Under the pieces are notes generated by a model. That model ran no database searches and was not told the DNA's origin. It saw only the letters and a list, made by a program, of their open reading frames with translations. Shown here in pieces: positions 27,870 to 59,265 of a DNA stretch of 64,000 bases. Numbering within the stretch: position 1 is the first letter of the stretch; the number at the start of each line of letters is the position of its first letter. Origin of the DNA: Paraspadella gotoi. Taxonomy: Eukaryota > Animalia > Chaetognatha. The position numbers and the translations under genes were made by a program. Where the stretch lies: positions 2,242,368 through 2,306,367 of the forward strand of contig CM119264.1 in NCBI GenBank assembly GCA_051294375.1. Reading direction: 5' to 3'.

Positions 27870-29885
27870 TGGAGTGATGGAGTGATGGAGTGATGAGTGA
27901 TGGAGTGATAGAGTGATGGAGATAATACAAGTGATTGTGTTGAAATTTAACTAAAAAAAAAAAGAAACAAATTATGAAAAAAAAGAAAAAGAAAAAGAGA
28001 AGAAAAAAAGAAAAGGGAAGAATAGAAAATAAAAGGAAAGAATAGAAAAGAAAAGGGAAGAAAAGAAAATAAAAGGGAAGAATAGAATATAAAAGAGAAG
28101 AATAGAAAAGAAAAAAGAAAAGAATAGAAAAGAAAGATTGGGCGATTCTCATCAAAAGATAAACTGAAAGATCGAAATATTAAAAAATCGAAAAAGAAGA
28201 ATTGGACAAAACAGAAACAAAGGAACTTAAATCTGGAAAATAAAAAAACAGCGAATTAGTTAAATAAAAATTAATTGATGAAATGTAATGATAATAATTG
28301 TGAAACGAAGTAAAGTGATTACATTATAGTTTGAGGATGCAAAATTCTCAATGAAACAAGTTCTCTATGCAATAATCCTTTGTGTTGTAATAAAAAGGCA
28401 GCTTTTTTCACTCTTATCACAAGTGAGTAAAAAGGTATAATCATTTGAGTTTGACTTTTATTCTATCATTGATATGTGATAATTTTTGTGTGTTAAGTTC
28501 TCTTATTTTTGTGATTCACTTGAAATGTCACCCTGTTAAATCACTCGTGAAGAATAAAACAGAAGGTGAATTATGACTTTTAAGATAAATAATAATAATT
28601 TACCATGTCCAAGATAGTGGAATTTACGAAAAACTATTTATCTAAAAGTTTGAGATAAGAAACATAGTAAAACCTCTTTTAGCTAACTTTAACTTCACTT
28701 TATAAATAAAAAAAACTGTAATAAGAGTAAATGATTTTTTTTTCAATTCAAGCAGCATATAAACAGTCTTCAAAATGCAAACAACAATGAGGAAAACAGT
28801 TTTGGGCGGAAGAGGAAGAGGAAAACAGTTTTGTGCGGAAGAGGAAGAGGAAAAGGAAGAAAGCAAACAAAAATCTGGAGATTTGGGTTTTTTTGTTGTC
28901 AAATCTGAAGGTTCGATATATTTTGATCAACAAATTTAAAAACATTGGATGTTAAACTACCGCAAATTATATACATTTGAAAATTAGACCTTTCTAGAAG
29001 CAAGATGGCATTCAAAAACAGGCAAAAATTTTATTTTGGTATACAAACAGTTCGGATTTGTTAAAAAAATGGATATGTTTTTTGAATTTTTGTTATCATT
29101 GGGATTTATTTTTTGAGCGAACAAGAATAGAAGAAAAAATATATGACGGATTTTTTTTATTTTTTGATTTGGTGCGTTTTTTTCATTTAGGGAATTTTTG
29201 ATTTTACTGAGATTGATAATTTCATAATCCTACGGGAATGAATAAGTAGTAATGTTGCAAATGTAATCAATTAGATTGTCATAAGTGGAAGGGGAGAAAG
29301 TAAAATTAAGTCGTAACGCGTTTCGTAAAATTGCACAGATTCGTTCGTTCATTGGCACAAGAGCTTTAATTTCATTTAAACGAGTTAATTTGATACAAAA
29401 AAGACATATATTATTCATGGCACAATTTTATATATAATTGGAACAAGTAACAAAATTCGATTGAACAGAATCGAAAACTTAACATTTTGAACTCCACCGA
29501 CGTCGGCTCAGTGTACAGTCGTTGTCTCCCCATGAATATATGAACATTATTGACATAATAGTATTGATATTTATTATGAGATATCATTCGAGATTCGCTT
29601 GGTTCTCTTCTGTTTCGGAAGATCTTGTTAAATTTAAAATTAAAACGGATGAGCGGTTTTTAAGATCAAAAATAAAAAGCTCGTGGAACATGAAAATTAA
29701 CAAAGATGTTGAAACTCAAAACTTGTATCAATCGTAGTCAGTTAAAAATCCTTAAAAATCCTTAAAAATCCTCAGTTAAAAATCCTTAACCGTATCCTTA
29801 AATTATCTTAAATTCGAAATTTAAGTTTGAAAAATATTGGAATATTTAAAAAAATAAAACCCCTTTGGCTGACCCTTCACCCTTC

Positions 29886-47169
<17,284 letters not shown>

Positions 47170-47429
47170 TTTTTAAAAAAGATTTTCAAGTTTTTTTGGG
47201 GGGGAGCAAAAATATTTATAAATTTATTTATTCATCAATTTTTTTTAATTTTTTTTGATAAAATTTGCTTTTGATTAAACTCGTTCATTCACAATTTCGA
47301 TCTTATATTCATTTTGATTTCACGCTCATTTTTTGATTCATTATTTTCGTTTTTAATTCAGACGAAAATGAATTTGATTTCAGCTTCGAAATTCTTTTTC
47401 TCCTTAAACCAGAAGTAAAAACCGGGAAA

Positions 47430-47810
47430 CGAATAAAAACCCGGAAGTGACGTCGCAACGGGACGTCGTCCAATTTTTCGTCGTCGTCTACCACGCCGCG
47501 TCTTCAGCGCCGTCTTCGTCGGCGTCATTTTACTTTCTCTCGCGCGCGCCCGGCGTCGTCGTCGTCGTCGCCGCTATATATTTTTCTGGTTGTTGTCTCG
47601 CCTCCTCCTCCTCCTATTCCTCCTCCTCTTCCTCCTCCTACTCGCCATGGCAACGCGTCATCTTCGCGGCAAAGTTATTGGCAAAGTTTTCCATTCGGCG
47701 CCGCCAGACGCGAGAGAGAAAAGCGCGGCCTCTGATTGGATTAGAGAGAAGAAACCGTGATCTCTGATTGGACGCCAAACTGAATACCTTAATATTTCAT
47801 TGGTCGCTCA
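47430..47810 (-). promoter_or_regulatory. Proximal E78 promoter
   Basis: CpG-rich. Three CCAAT boxes spaced exactly 32 bp (ATTGG at 47735, 47767, 47799), X-box CTCGCCATGGCAAC at 47641-54, TATATA at 47575-80, and ETS/CRE CCGGAAGTGACGTC at 47441-54. It lies ~0.3-0.6 kb upstream of the ATG at 47169. Confidence 0.65.
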
Positions 47811-48042
47811 CCGGAAACAACGTTAGCGATTTTACTTTTTTTTACGATGTTGGTTTTTTTTCTATAGAACCAGGAAATGAGACATTTCAAGCTTAAACGT
47901 CGTTCGTTTAGACTAAATAGGAGAAATAACATTTCCAACGAACTTTCTCTCTCAAATATCTCTGGCCGTCTTAACGCAGATTCGGTAAATTAAAACTTTG
48001 GATGACGAAAGCGCCCAAAAGGAAATTGAAATGTATTTGACA

Positions 48043-48286
48043 CATACAATTGAAACATTCTTTGAAACATTATACCACTTCATTGATTGGGAAGCCAGGT
48101 ACTCTGGGAGTGCTTAAACGAGACTGGGAGAGTCTTGATTGAAAGATTGTAAGGACCTGCTATGTCATTATCTTGTAAGAGTGATGGAGACCTTAAAACA
48201 CCAAAGCCTGTCCAAAGTCAGGGGCAAGATAGCTTATTTATCAAATGAATGGATAATTTTTATATTGGTTGTACCAATTTCATAAC
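48043..48286 (+). repeat. ~240-bp dispersed repeat, second full copy
   Basis: Aligns end to end with 32457-32700, from catacaattgaaacattctttg to ggttgtaccaa. Confidence 0.8.
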
Positions 48287-49194
48287 AAATCTAAATGGTA
48301 AAAGAGAGAAGGGAATGAATTTTGTCCCATCGCAGGATGACGTTGTAATCGATATAAGCATTGGGTTTTTTGTTTCTCCTCTCCCCTTCACTTTTCTTCT
48401 TCCATCTCCTTTCCTTTCCTCCACTTCCTTTCCTTTCCCTCTAATCCCCTCTCCTTTCTTCCCAATTCACTTTCCATCTCCTTTCCTTTCCTCACCTCCC
48501 CGCTGATCCTAATTCTTGCTTTTCCTCTACTTTCCTTTCCTCCCTCTCCTCTATCCTCTCTTCCCTTTCCTTTTTTCTATTTTCCTTTCCTCCTCTTTCC
48601 TCTATCTTCTCTTCCCATCTCCTTTCCTTTCTTTTCTTTTTCCTCCTCTTCTCCGCGATCTCCTTTCCTTTCCTCCTTTCCTCCCTCTCCTCTATCCTCT
48701 CTTCCCATCTTCTTTCCTTTCCTCCATTCCTCTCTTTCCTCCTCTCCTCCCAACGTCGAGGTAAAAAAGTATTTTTTTTCCTCCAGGAAACTTATCTCCC
48801 TCATTCACAACAAAAAAAAAAAAAAAAAAAAAAACTTGGTGGAAGAAAAAACGCATCAAGACGGAAAAAAGGTCCTGAGGAAGTAACGCGCATTAGCTGT
48901 GTGGGTGTGTGTGGGCGCTGTGGTGGGGTGTTGTATGTCGAGGCGGCGTGGTCGGGGGTGGGCGTGTCGGGTCGATGGATACTTTTTTTTTTGTTTCGAA
49001 GAGAAAATGTTTGTTTTGGTTGTTTGGGTCCCATGTTTTTTTTTTCTCTCTTTTATTTTTTCTTTGTTTTTTTTTTCGTTTCTTTTTTTTTTTCTTTTTC
49101 TAAGAAAAGAATGAAATTTTCGACATTGATTAATGATTATATCTCGATATTAAAACTAGTGTTTCTGGTCGGAGCTTCTTTCTGTTGCCAGTTA

Positions 49195-49229
<35 letters not shown>

Positions 49230-49298
49230 TATATTATATAATTAATTAAACGAATTATTTAATTCAACAGATTAATGACCATTCGGCGGACCGTTAAA

Positions 49299-49371
<73 letters not shown>

Positions 49372-49466
49372 ATAAAAACGTAAAAACAACCAATTTTTTT
49401 TTCTCTAAAAAAAAGGTAATTTCTAGTCGAAGACTTTGAAAGAAAAACCGAAAGAAAAAATTCGAA

Positions 49467-52400
49467 GCCACAGAGAAAAATGGTGGCGAGTAGCCGGCGC
49501 CGCCGCCGTCGCCGCCGTCGCCGCCGCCCAGAGCAGCGACGCTAATAGACGCTAACGAGCGCCAATCCCTCCCCCCCTTTTCTCGAAAAACATCACCGTC
49601 GACATGGAAACGAGTTACATACGAGAAATCTTAAATAAACGCCGTACATCCGGGAAATTACTCGTCAATGTCGTATGAGGTCATTACATCCGGGAAATTA
49701 ACGCCGTACCCTGTCGTTTAATTAAATCCGGGTAAGCTTGCATAGACGCTATGCAGACTCGAATTGCGAAACATTGTATTGAGTAATTACATCCGGGTAA
49801 TCTTGAATCTAGGCCGCAATGACTCATTATATACGGGAAAGGTCACGACGAAAGAAAAAAGTTAATATCAAGAGAATTTTAAATTAAAAATAAATAATAA
49901 CAAAATTCTCACGAAGATTTTAAAACCTTTTTTTTTAAAGTTTTATGTCGAAATCTCAGCCCCATCAAATAGTCATCTCTGTAAAAATACAGCCCCATCA
50001 AATAGTCATCTCTGTAAAACTACAGCCCCATCAAACTCAGAAAAACCAACAAAAACAACGAGATAAAAAAACGAAAGACAAAAATTATAACTCGACAAAA
50101 AAAAACAAAAAAACAAAAAAAAAACAATAAAAACAAATACGAGGACGAGGACGACGACGACAACGACGACGACGACAACTTGGAAGCGTTGAAGCGACGT
50201 GGCTTCCCTCCTCGTTTGTAACTCATGGTTGAGTCCCGCCTTTCCTTTCCTTTCCTCCCTTTCCTTTCCTTTCCTCCCTTTCCTCCCTCTCTCCTCCTCC
50301 TCCTCCTCCCGCTCCTCAGTCCCATCTCCTTCGCGCTCACCCAACCAAGAACTTTCCAAACACCTTCAAGCGAAGCAGGATTATGAGGGGGGGCGGGAGG
50401 GGAAGAGGAAGAGAGAAGAAGAAGAAATGGGTGACTTGAGTAAAGAGAGGAAAACCCGAATGAGCTATTTATTTATGTATTTATTTATTTATTTTTAGAC
50501 ATTTTTATACATTTATTTATATACATTTATATTTATATTTTTATAGTTATATAATACATATCTATATATTTATATATTTATTTACTTATATATTTAAATT
50601 TTTCTTTTATTTACTTTTTGATTTATTTAATATTTTTTTCATTCTTCGAAAGTTGATAATTCTCAAAAATTCACACATGGGCAAAAAGAATAGGGGTGGG
50701 GCTGTTACCTGTTACATTATTACACTGATATACTGTTGAAATTTTGAAATACTGTAAAAATTTTAAAATCTTCGTTATATCGTAAAAGTTCTACTTTCTT
50801 AAAATTGAAGAAATAACTTCTTTTCAGTTTGAATGAAAAATCTCTCTCTCTCTCTCTCTTCTTCTCTCTTCCTCTCCCCCACCCAAACGCTCACTCCCTT
50901 GCTCTCCAATCGCGCGGGCAATATGGCTTTTGATAAACGGCAAAACGAGTTTCGCTAAAAAAAAAAAAAGGAAAAAAACCCTGAAAACCCCGTCGGGGTT
51001 CGTAATGGTTGTGTTTCCTTGTCTCTCGCGCGCACGCAATGAGCATGCAGGAAGCGACACCACGCAAAATACGACGTGCACGGAGGTACCGCGACACACG
51101 CAAAGCCCAACGAGCACGGATTGAGCGACGCGTCAAGTACAACGTGTACGGAGTAAGCGACACGCAAAGGACGATGTGCACGCAGGGAGCGATGAGCAAA
51201 GGACGTGCACACTGTACACGTAGACACGAACGCTTCCGCGTGCGAGCGTCAGAGCGGGAAGCACAGCACGCGCAAAGACGCGTCATAAATTCTCAGTTAA
51301 ATGTCTATTAACGCGACGGGAGGAGAGTAATTTATGAATGGAGAGAGAATGGGGGGGATGGGAGAGGGAGGAAGGGAGGAAGGGAGAGGGAGGAAGGGAG
51401 AGGGAGGAAGAGATAGGAAAAAGAGAAGGAGGAAGAAGAGAATGAGGTGAAGAAGACTCATTTAGAAATAGCAAAAAAAAGTATGAAGTATGAAAGAAGC
51501 GAAGTTTTAAAAGCGATTGAAGCAGAAATCGCTTCGCAAAAGTAAAACAAAAGACGAACTCTACTCTGGGAAAATATATAAAAATTAAAATTCTAAGACT
51601 AACTTAAGGCTAAGTCTGTGTAACGAGCATTTCCCTTTCCGAAGAATATAAAATTATTAGAATATTAGAAATATAAGTTTTTTATTTATGCACTTATACA
51701 AAATTGAAAATAGCGAAAAATATTTTGGGTCGGGTGAGATCAACAGCTTCTACATTTTGCAGCTCGTAATCGGAGTCCGCGACGCAGGAGAGACGACGAG
51801 CAAGCAGAGCAGCACGCAGACGAGCACGCAGCCACGTGAGCCACGCAAGAGAGAGAGCCAGCAGACGCCAGGACGCACCGAGACGCAGCGACCGAGCAGG
51901 AGCAGCCACCGACCGCCGCACGATCCGACGCACGCCACGCACCGCCGCCACGCGCCCAGGCCACGTTAATTTCCATACTTCTCTTCGCACACGGGCACCT
52001 CGTTACCGCCCCAGCTCTTCAAATTATCCTCTCATTTACCATTCGCCACACCTCCATTTTTATCTTAGCTAGCTTTAATACTCCATCACCTTCCTCAACC
52101 CCACTCATCTTCTCAAACTTCACCTCTCCACTCTCCTCCAATCATCCACGCCGCAACCGCCGTTCGAGGCACGTCTCGGCTTAGCGGAGATCCCACCCGC
52201 TGCGAGGAGGAACGAGCCAGGAGGAACGAGGCACCACCCGACTGACCCGGCGCGTGCGCGCCCGTCGCAGCGTTGCCGACGCTCGCGCCGAGCGCTACGC
52301 TGCGCGGGCGACGGGCGGCCATGCGGCGGAGGCCGGGCGCCGGTCCGGCCATGTAGGGCTAAAAGACACCAGAGGGGGCGGGGCGGTGCGGATGCCCAGG

Positions 52401-55400
52401 GGTGATGAATCCGACCTGGTCGGGGCGAAGTGCGCAGGCAACGGGCGGTGACCCGGTCAGGGCCCCGGGTCGTTACTCAACGCGGGGGGTGGCAGAACGG
52501 CATTTATGGATGGGCGAGGAGGTTGGAGTGGAGGGGATCTGGGGTGGCAGGGGGATGTGGGATTTGTGGGNNNNNNNNNNNNNNNNNNNNNNNNNAAAAC
52601 AGTTTGATAAAAGCAAAACTATATTTTCATAAATATAAAATACTTAATAATGATTATTGAATAAGTAATTTCAATTTTTCAAGACTAAAAATATCCCTCC
52701 CTCTTTCTTCCCTTCCCCCGACTCCAGAGTCCCGAAGAGAAAATCACGTCGCATCACGATCATTCACTTCACAAGCGCCACCTAACGAACGGAGGCCAAA
52801 CCAAAGTTTAGAGTTTTTTCCGGTGAAAACAAAAGGGAACGAAACGGAGAAGGAAAAGTTGAACTTCGTGGTCCGATAATATTAATAGAGGAGAGAGATA
52901 AGAACAGAAGAAAATCGAAGACCACAGAGAAAAATGGTGGCGAGTAGCGGCGCCCGCCGCCGCCGCGCCGCACGCCAGGCGCGACGCTAATAGAACGCTA
53001 ACGAGGCCAATCCCCTCCCCCCCCTTTTTCGAAAAACATCACCGTCGATGTGAACGAGTTCACATACGAGAATCTTAAATAACGCGTACTCCGGCGATTA
53101 TCGTCAATGATCGTATCGAGGTCTTACATCCGGATTAGCCCACCCTGTCGTTTAATTAGAATCCGAGCTAACTGAAGAGCTATGCGACGAAGCTACATTG
53201 TATTGGTATTACATCGGGTATCATTGATTGAGCGCAATGCTTCATTTTACGGAAAGGTCCAGACGAAAGAAAAAAGTATTCAAGAGATTTATTAAATAAA
53301 TAATATAAAATTCTCACGAAGATTTAAAACCTTTTTTTTGTAATTTATGTCGAAATCTCGCCCATCAATCAGCATCCTCTGTAAAAAACTACGCCCACAT
53401 GCAATCTCTAAATCACCCATCCAATGTCTTCTGTAAAATACCAGGCTAAAGTACATCTCTTAAACAGCCCCATCAAAATCTTAAAAATAGCCTAAATATA
53501 CCTCGTAAAACTCGCCCCAATAGTCACTAGAACTCGCCCACAATAGTCCTAAAACTACAAACCCATAATAGTTAAGTAAAACTCAGCCCATAAAATATCT
53601 CAAAAACAAGCCACAAAAAGATCCTGTAAAACTAAGCAATAAACTAGAAACCAAAAATCAGGCATAAGAAGACATATATCGAAAAAAAAACAAAATACAG
53701 GGCGCGACGACGACACACGACAACGACGACGGCAAACTGGAGCGTTGAAAGCGACGTGGCTTCCCTCCATCGTTTTGTAACTCATGCGTATGAGTCCCGC
53801 CTTTTCCTTTCCTTTCCTCCCTATTTCCTACTATTCCTTTCCCTCCCTTTTCCTCCCTCTCTCCTCCTCCCCTCCTCCTCCTCCTGCTCCTCAGTCCCAT
53901 CTCCTTCGCGCTCACCCACCAAAACTTTTCCAAACCCTTCAAGCGAAGCCGGATTTGAGGGGGCGGGCGGAGGGGAAGAGGAAGAGAAAGAAGCAAAAGG
54001 GTGAACTTGAGTAAAGAGAGGAAAACCAATGAGCTATTTATTTTATGTATTTATTATTTATTATTTAGACATTTTTAATACATTTTATTTATATACATTA
54101 TAATTTATATTTTTATAGTTATATATACTATCTATATATTATATATTTTATCATTATTTTTACTTATATTAAATCTTATTCATTTTTTCTTTTTGATTTT
54201 ATTTAATATTTTTTTCATCTTCGTTTGAGTTATCATAATTTCAAAACACACATGGGCAAAAAGCAATAGGGAGTGGGCCTGTGTTACCTGTAAATTATTA
54301 CACACGGTATACGTGTGAAATTTTGAAATACTGTAAAAATTTAATCTTCGTTATATCGTAAAAGTTCTACTATAAAATTGAGGATAAATTCCATTTCAGT
54401 TTGAATGAAAAAATCTCTTCTCTCTCTCTCTCTCTCTCTCTCTACTCTCCTCTCTCCTCTTACCCCACCAACGCGCACTCTCCTGCTCAACTCGCGGACG
54501 GGCAATATGGAATAGGCTTTTGATAAACGGCAAAACGAGTTTCGCTAAAAAAAAAAAAAAAAAAGGAAAAAAAAACCTGAAAACCCCGTCGGGTTCTTGT
54601 AATGGTGTTTCTTGTCTCTCGCGCGCACGCAATGAGCATGCAGGAAGCGAACATCGCAAAATACGACGTCACGGAGGTTCACCGACACACGCAAAGCCCA
54701 ACGAGCACGGATGAGCCGACGCCCCCGTTCAAGTGACAACGTGTACGGAGTAACGACACGCAAAGGACGATGTGCACGCAGGGGAGCGATGAGCAAAGAC
54801 GGTGCACACTGTACACGTAAGACACGAACGCTTCCGCGTGCGGAAGCGTCAGAGCGGGAAGCAGCAGCACGCGCAAAAGACGCGTCAATAAATTCTCAGT
54901 TAAATGTCTATTAACGCGACGGGAGGAGAGTAATTATGAATGGAGAAGAATGGGGAGGGATGGGCAGAGGGAGGAAGGAGGAAGGGAGAGGGAGAAGGGA
55001 GAGGAGAAGAGATAGGGAAAAAGAGAAGGAGAAGAAGAGAATTGAGGTGAAGAAGACTATTTAGAAAATAGCAAAAAAAAAGTACTGAAAGTAATGAAAG
55101 CAAGCGAATTAAAAGCGATTGAAGCAGAAATCGCTTTCGCAAAAGTAAAACAAAAGACGAACTCTACTTCTGGGAAAATATATAAAAATTAAAATTCTAA
55201 AGACTAACTTAAAGGGCTAAGTCTGTTGTAACGAGCATTCCCTTTCCGAAGAATATAAAATTATTAGAATATTAGAAATATAAGTTTTTATTATGTTACA
55301 TTATACAAAAATTGAAAATAGCGAAAATATTTTGGGTCGGGTGAAATCAAAAGTTCTAATTGTAATGAAAGGGACCGGAGAGGAGAAAGAGAAGAGAGAG

Positions 55401-55975
55401 AGAGAGAGAAGAGAGAAGAGAGAGAGAGAAGAGAGAGAGAGGAGAGAGAGTTTGAGAGAGAAAGAAGAGAGAGAAGAGAGAAGGAGGAAAGAGGCGAGCA
55501 AACAGGTAAAATTTCCCAATTATTTTTCTTGAGAAAGGGATTTATACCCCAAGCTTCTTCCCCCAAATTATCTCTTTCATTTTAATTGCAATCATTTTAT
55601 TTACAGTTTAATAATATATTTACAAATATTTTCAAATTATTATTTTAAAACTCACGCCGAGCGGACTTGGCCTTGCGCTAGATAAGGAGGAGGAAGAGGA
55701 CGGAAGAGGAAGATGAGGCGCGTTCCGGGTTCGACGCCAGAGGACGCCGGGCCGACGGCGCCACGCGGAGGCGTGCGCCGGTCCCAGGGCAAAGACCCCA
55801 GGGCGCGGGTGCGGATCCCAGGGTAGAGACCCGCGGGCGAAAGCGCAGGCAACGGGCGGTGACCCCTTCAGGCCCGTCGCCGTCGATCACCGGCGCGTGC
55901 AGAGACCCATTTTTGGATCAGAGGGCTTGGAGTGGAGGGGATTGGGGTGGAACGGGGATTTGGGGGATTTGTGGG
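49467..55975. repeat. Direct duplication ~49467-52570 vs ~52921-55975 across an N gap (noisy; probable assembly redundancy); 52596-52881 also recurs at 56372-56659
   Basis: Collinear copies whose indel density rises towards the ends, flanking 25-N gaps. Confidence 0.85.
55657..55926 (-). CDS. Possible further E78 5' exon in noisy sequence (second, noisier copy at ~52150-52520)
   Basis: GC-rich island between a pyrimidine tract ending AAG and a GTGAGT donor at 55656. The frame cannot be resolved because of indels. Confidence 0.35.
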
Positions 55976-57603
55976 GAGAGAAGGAGGGGAGGAATAGTTT
56001 GGTGGAATCGTGCAAATTCTTGCTTAACTTGAGGGCTGGAAAGAAGGGAGGAAAAGGGAGGAAGGGGAAGAGGAGGAAGAGAGAAAGAGGCGAGGGCAGA
56101 AGAGGGGGGAAGAAGGGAAGAGAGGAAGAAGGGGGAGAGAGGAAGAGGGAGAATGGGAGGAAATGAGGAAAGGGAGGAAGAGAGTGGAATGGGAGGAAGG
56201 GGGAGGAAGAAGGGAATGGGAGGAAGAGAGGAAAAAGAACAAGGGAGAAAAGAGGATTAAGGAAGGGGAAAGAGGGAATGGGGAGAAAAAAGGNNNNNNN
56301 NNNNNNNNNNNNNNNNNNAAATATTAAAAAAAAAATATTAGGACAAAAAAAAACAACAAAAACAGAAGTAAAAACAGTTTGATAAAAGCAAAACTATATT
56401 TTCATAAATATAAAATACTTAATAATGATTATTGAATAAGTAATTTCAATTTTTCAAGACTAAAAATATCCCTCCCTCTTTCTTCCCTTCCCCCGACTCC
56501 AGAGTCCCGAAGAGAAAATCACGTCGCATCACGATCATTCACTTCACAAGCGCCACCTAACGAACGGAGGCCAAACCAAAGTTTAGAGTTTTTTTCGGTG
56601 AAAACAAAAGGGAACGAAACGGAGAAGGAAAAGTTGAACTTCGTGGTCCGATAATATTATGTGGAAAGTTATTTAAAACTTAAATATGTATTTATTTATT
56701 TATACTTTTATTTCGATGGTTTTGTTTACAAGGTTCTTTGATGCCTTCATTATTTTCGCGCAAAAAATAAAGTGAATCATCATTAAGATTAAAACTTTCT
56801 TTATTATATTTTTTTAAATTTCTTAAATATCGTTATTACTCTTAACTTCAGCATTTTTCATCAAGTAAAATCATAACATTTGCACATTTTCTAAAAGTAA
56901 TACTCTTACTAATCCATGTTAATAATCAGTTAATGACTTTATTTCTATTTTTGTATCTATGTCTCTTTGACTTTCTTTATCTCTCTCTCTCTCTCTCTCT
57001 CTTTTCCCTCTCATTATTCTTATCGGCAAAAAATGTAAATATCTTCTTCTCTTTTCACTATTTTTCTCATTTTTTCGTCAAAGAGAGAAAAACCATTTCC
57101 ATTCTTCACGAACAAAACATGCATTTGCGTTTTCGCCTTAAGCTCATTTGCATATTCGCGTCTACCAATAACTAACGCGTCGCGAATACGGGGGAGACGA
57201 TTTTTTTACGTCCGGACTCCGGATGTAAAATAGAGAGATGGGGAGATGGAGAGAGAGGAATAGGGGGAGAAAAAATAACAAATAAAGAAAAAAGATAAGA
57301 AGAAAATCAAAAGATATTAAAGAGGAGAGGTAATTTTATACAATTAAAACACTTCATAAAAACATTACTCTAAATCGTTGATAGCCAAGCGCAGTATCAA
57401 ATTAAATTAACTAGATGGTATTATCTTGTAACCCACCATAGCCTGTCCAAAGTCTGGGCCTGAGAGCTTTCTTAATACATTTTTTAAAACAATGGATAAT
57501 TTTTTATATTTCAATGATGGAGCAATGTCAGAAATAGAATGAAACTTAACAAAATAAGTTAGATTAAGTGAAGAAAACAAAAGGTAAGTTTTCAATGACT
57601 CAC

Positions 57604-57960
57604 AATAAACATCGAAGTGGACGAGGACCCCACCTGGTGGCCGATCAATTGACCCGAATGAAACGCGGCAAAAGCCGGTCCGCCCGCCAAGATCGACGAT
57701 GACGCCGCCGACGGCGCCGTCACGAATTTCAGATCGACGAACTCTGGCGGCGCGACGCCGAAACTCGGCGCTATTGACCCGACGCCGAATGACGGGTGAA
57801 GACGTCCCGAGGCGGCGTTGGCCTCGATAGCGCCGCTCGACGCCGGGAGGACGTCTAAATCGGCGAGGCTGATGACGGGCGCGCCACTGACATTGGGATA
57901 GAAGCCGGAAAAGACGCCGCCGACGCCGGCGACGCCGGTTATCGGATCGAGTCCGTCCAT
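57604..57960 (-). CDS. Probable alternative upstream A/B-domain exon of E78
   Basis: GC-rich ORF MDGLDPITGVAG... preceded by ...tttcgcgaccag|ATG. It has two phase-0 donors (exon ends 57634 or 57604, the latter GTGAGT), compatible with the phase-0 acceptor at 46250. No homology recognised. Confidence 0.55.
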
Positions 57961-58481
57961 CTGGTCGCGAAACGAAACGAATGATTTTAATCCAGTTTTA
58001 GTTTGATAATTTGTTTTTTATTTTTTAATTTTATTTTAAAATTTGTAATCCGTTTCAATTTAAGCTTCTTTTTTTTTATTTAACTTTTGACGACGAACGT
58101 CATTAGTTTGGCGAAAAATGTATTTTCATTTATTAGAGAGACGTAATTGACAAAGATCGTTATTCAAAAAAACATTATTTGTTTTTGTGATGAGATTAAT
58201 TAATTAATTTCTCCTCCGTAAAAAACTTCGGGGTCAAATCAACGGTCAACTTTTCCAATCCAGTTTAGATTCACTCTCGCTCTATCTCTCTCTCTCTCTC
58301 GCTGGAGCGATATTAGTTTTTGTTTCTTGCCCTTTCGAAGTAATTCACATTATTAGGCGATAATCATTAATATCCAACGTCAAATAAAAAAATTTATCTT
58401 TTGTATCTAAAAAAGGAAAAAAAGGGTTAAAAATATTTTCGTTGAAGGAAGACAAAGATGGGATGAGAGAATTCATTGAAC

Positions 58482-58548
<67 letters not shown>

Positions 58549-58595
58549 AGAGAAGAGCGAAAAGGTTGAAAACAACCGCGAGAACAAACAATCGT

Positions 58596-59202
58596 GATTC
58601 GATACGAGGACAGGCCTTGAATTTCTTGACCACGATCAGGGTGGCAAATTAGCGCGTTTAACTACTCATTTTATTTTTATATTCTTCTTTCTAGCTTTTC
58701 GATTCTTTAGATTTGTTTTATGCTTTCATTACTTCTCTTAAAGATTCTATTCTCAGCTTTATAAAATGATTATATATTTCTTCTGATTTGTTACACTGTT
58801 TTTAAATAAATATTTCTTCTTACTATTCTTAAAAGTTTTATTCAATGTTATATAATCTTGCTACTTATTTTTTAATAAGTTTTAAATTCTTCACAGATGT
58901 TTTTTTGTATATTCTTATTATTTATGAGATTCTAAAGATATTTTTTCAGTAATAGTTTTAAATAAATATTACATTTCTTTAATATATATTGAATTACATA
59001 TTTTTTTAGATGATTATCGTCACTTACTTATCGTATTCACAGCCCACAAATGGTCAGGGGAGATTTGTTTCTCCGTATTCTTTGCCAGAAGAAAAGAAGA
59101 GGATAAACTTGACTGTACGTAATGGGATAAGGAAGAGGAAGAGGAGAAAAGGAGAGAGGATCGGAGAAAAAAAAGTAGGGAGTGGATTGACCAGTGGGGG
59201 GA

Positions 59203-59265
<63 letters not shown>

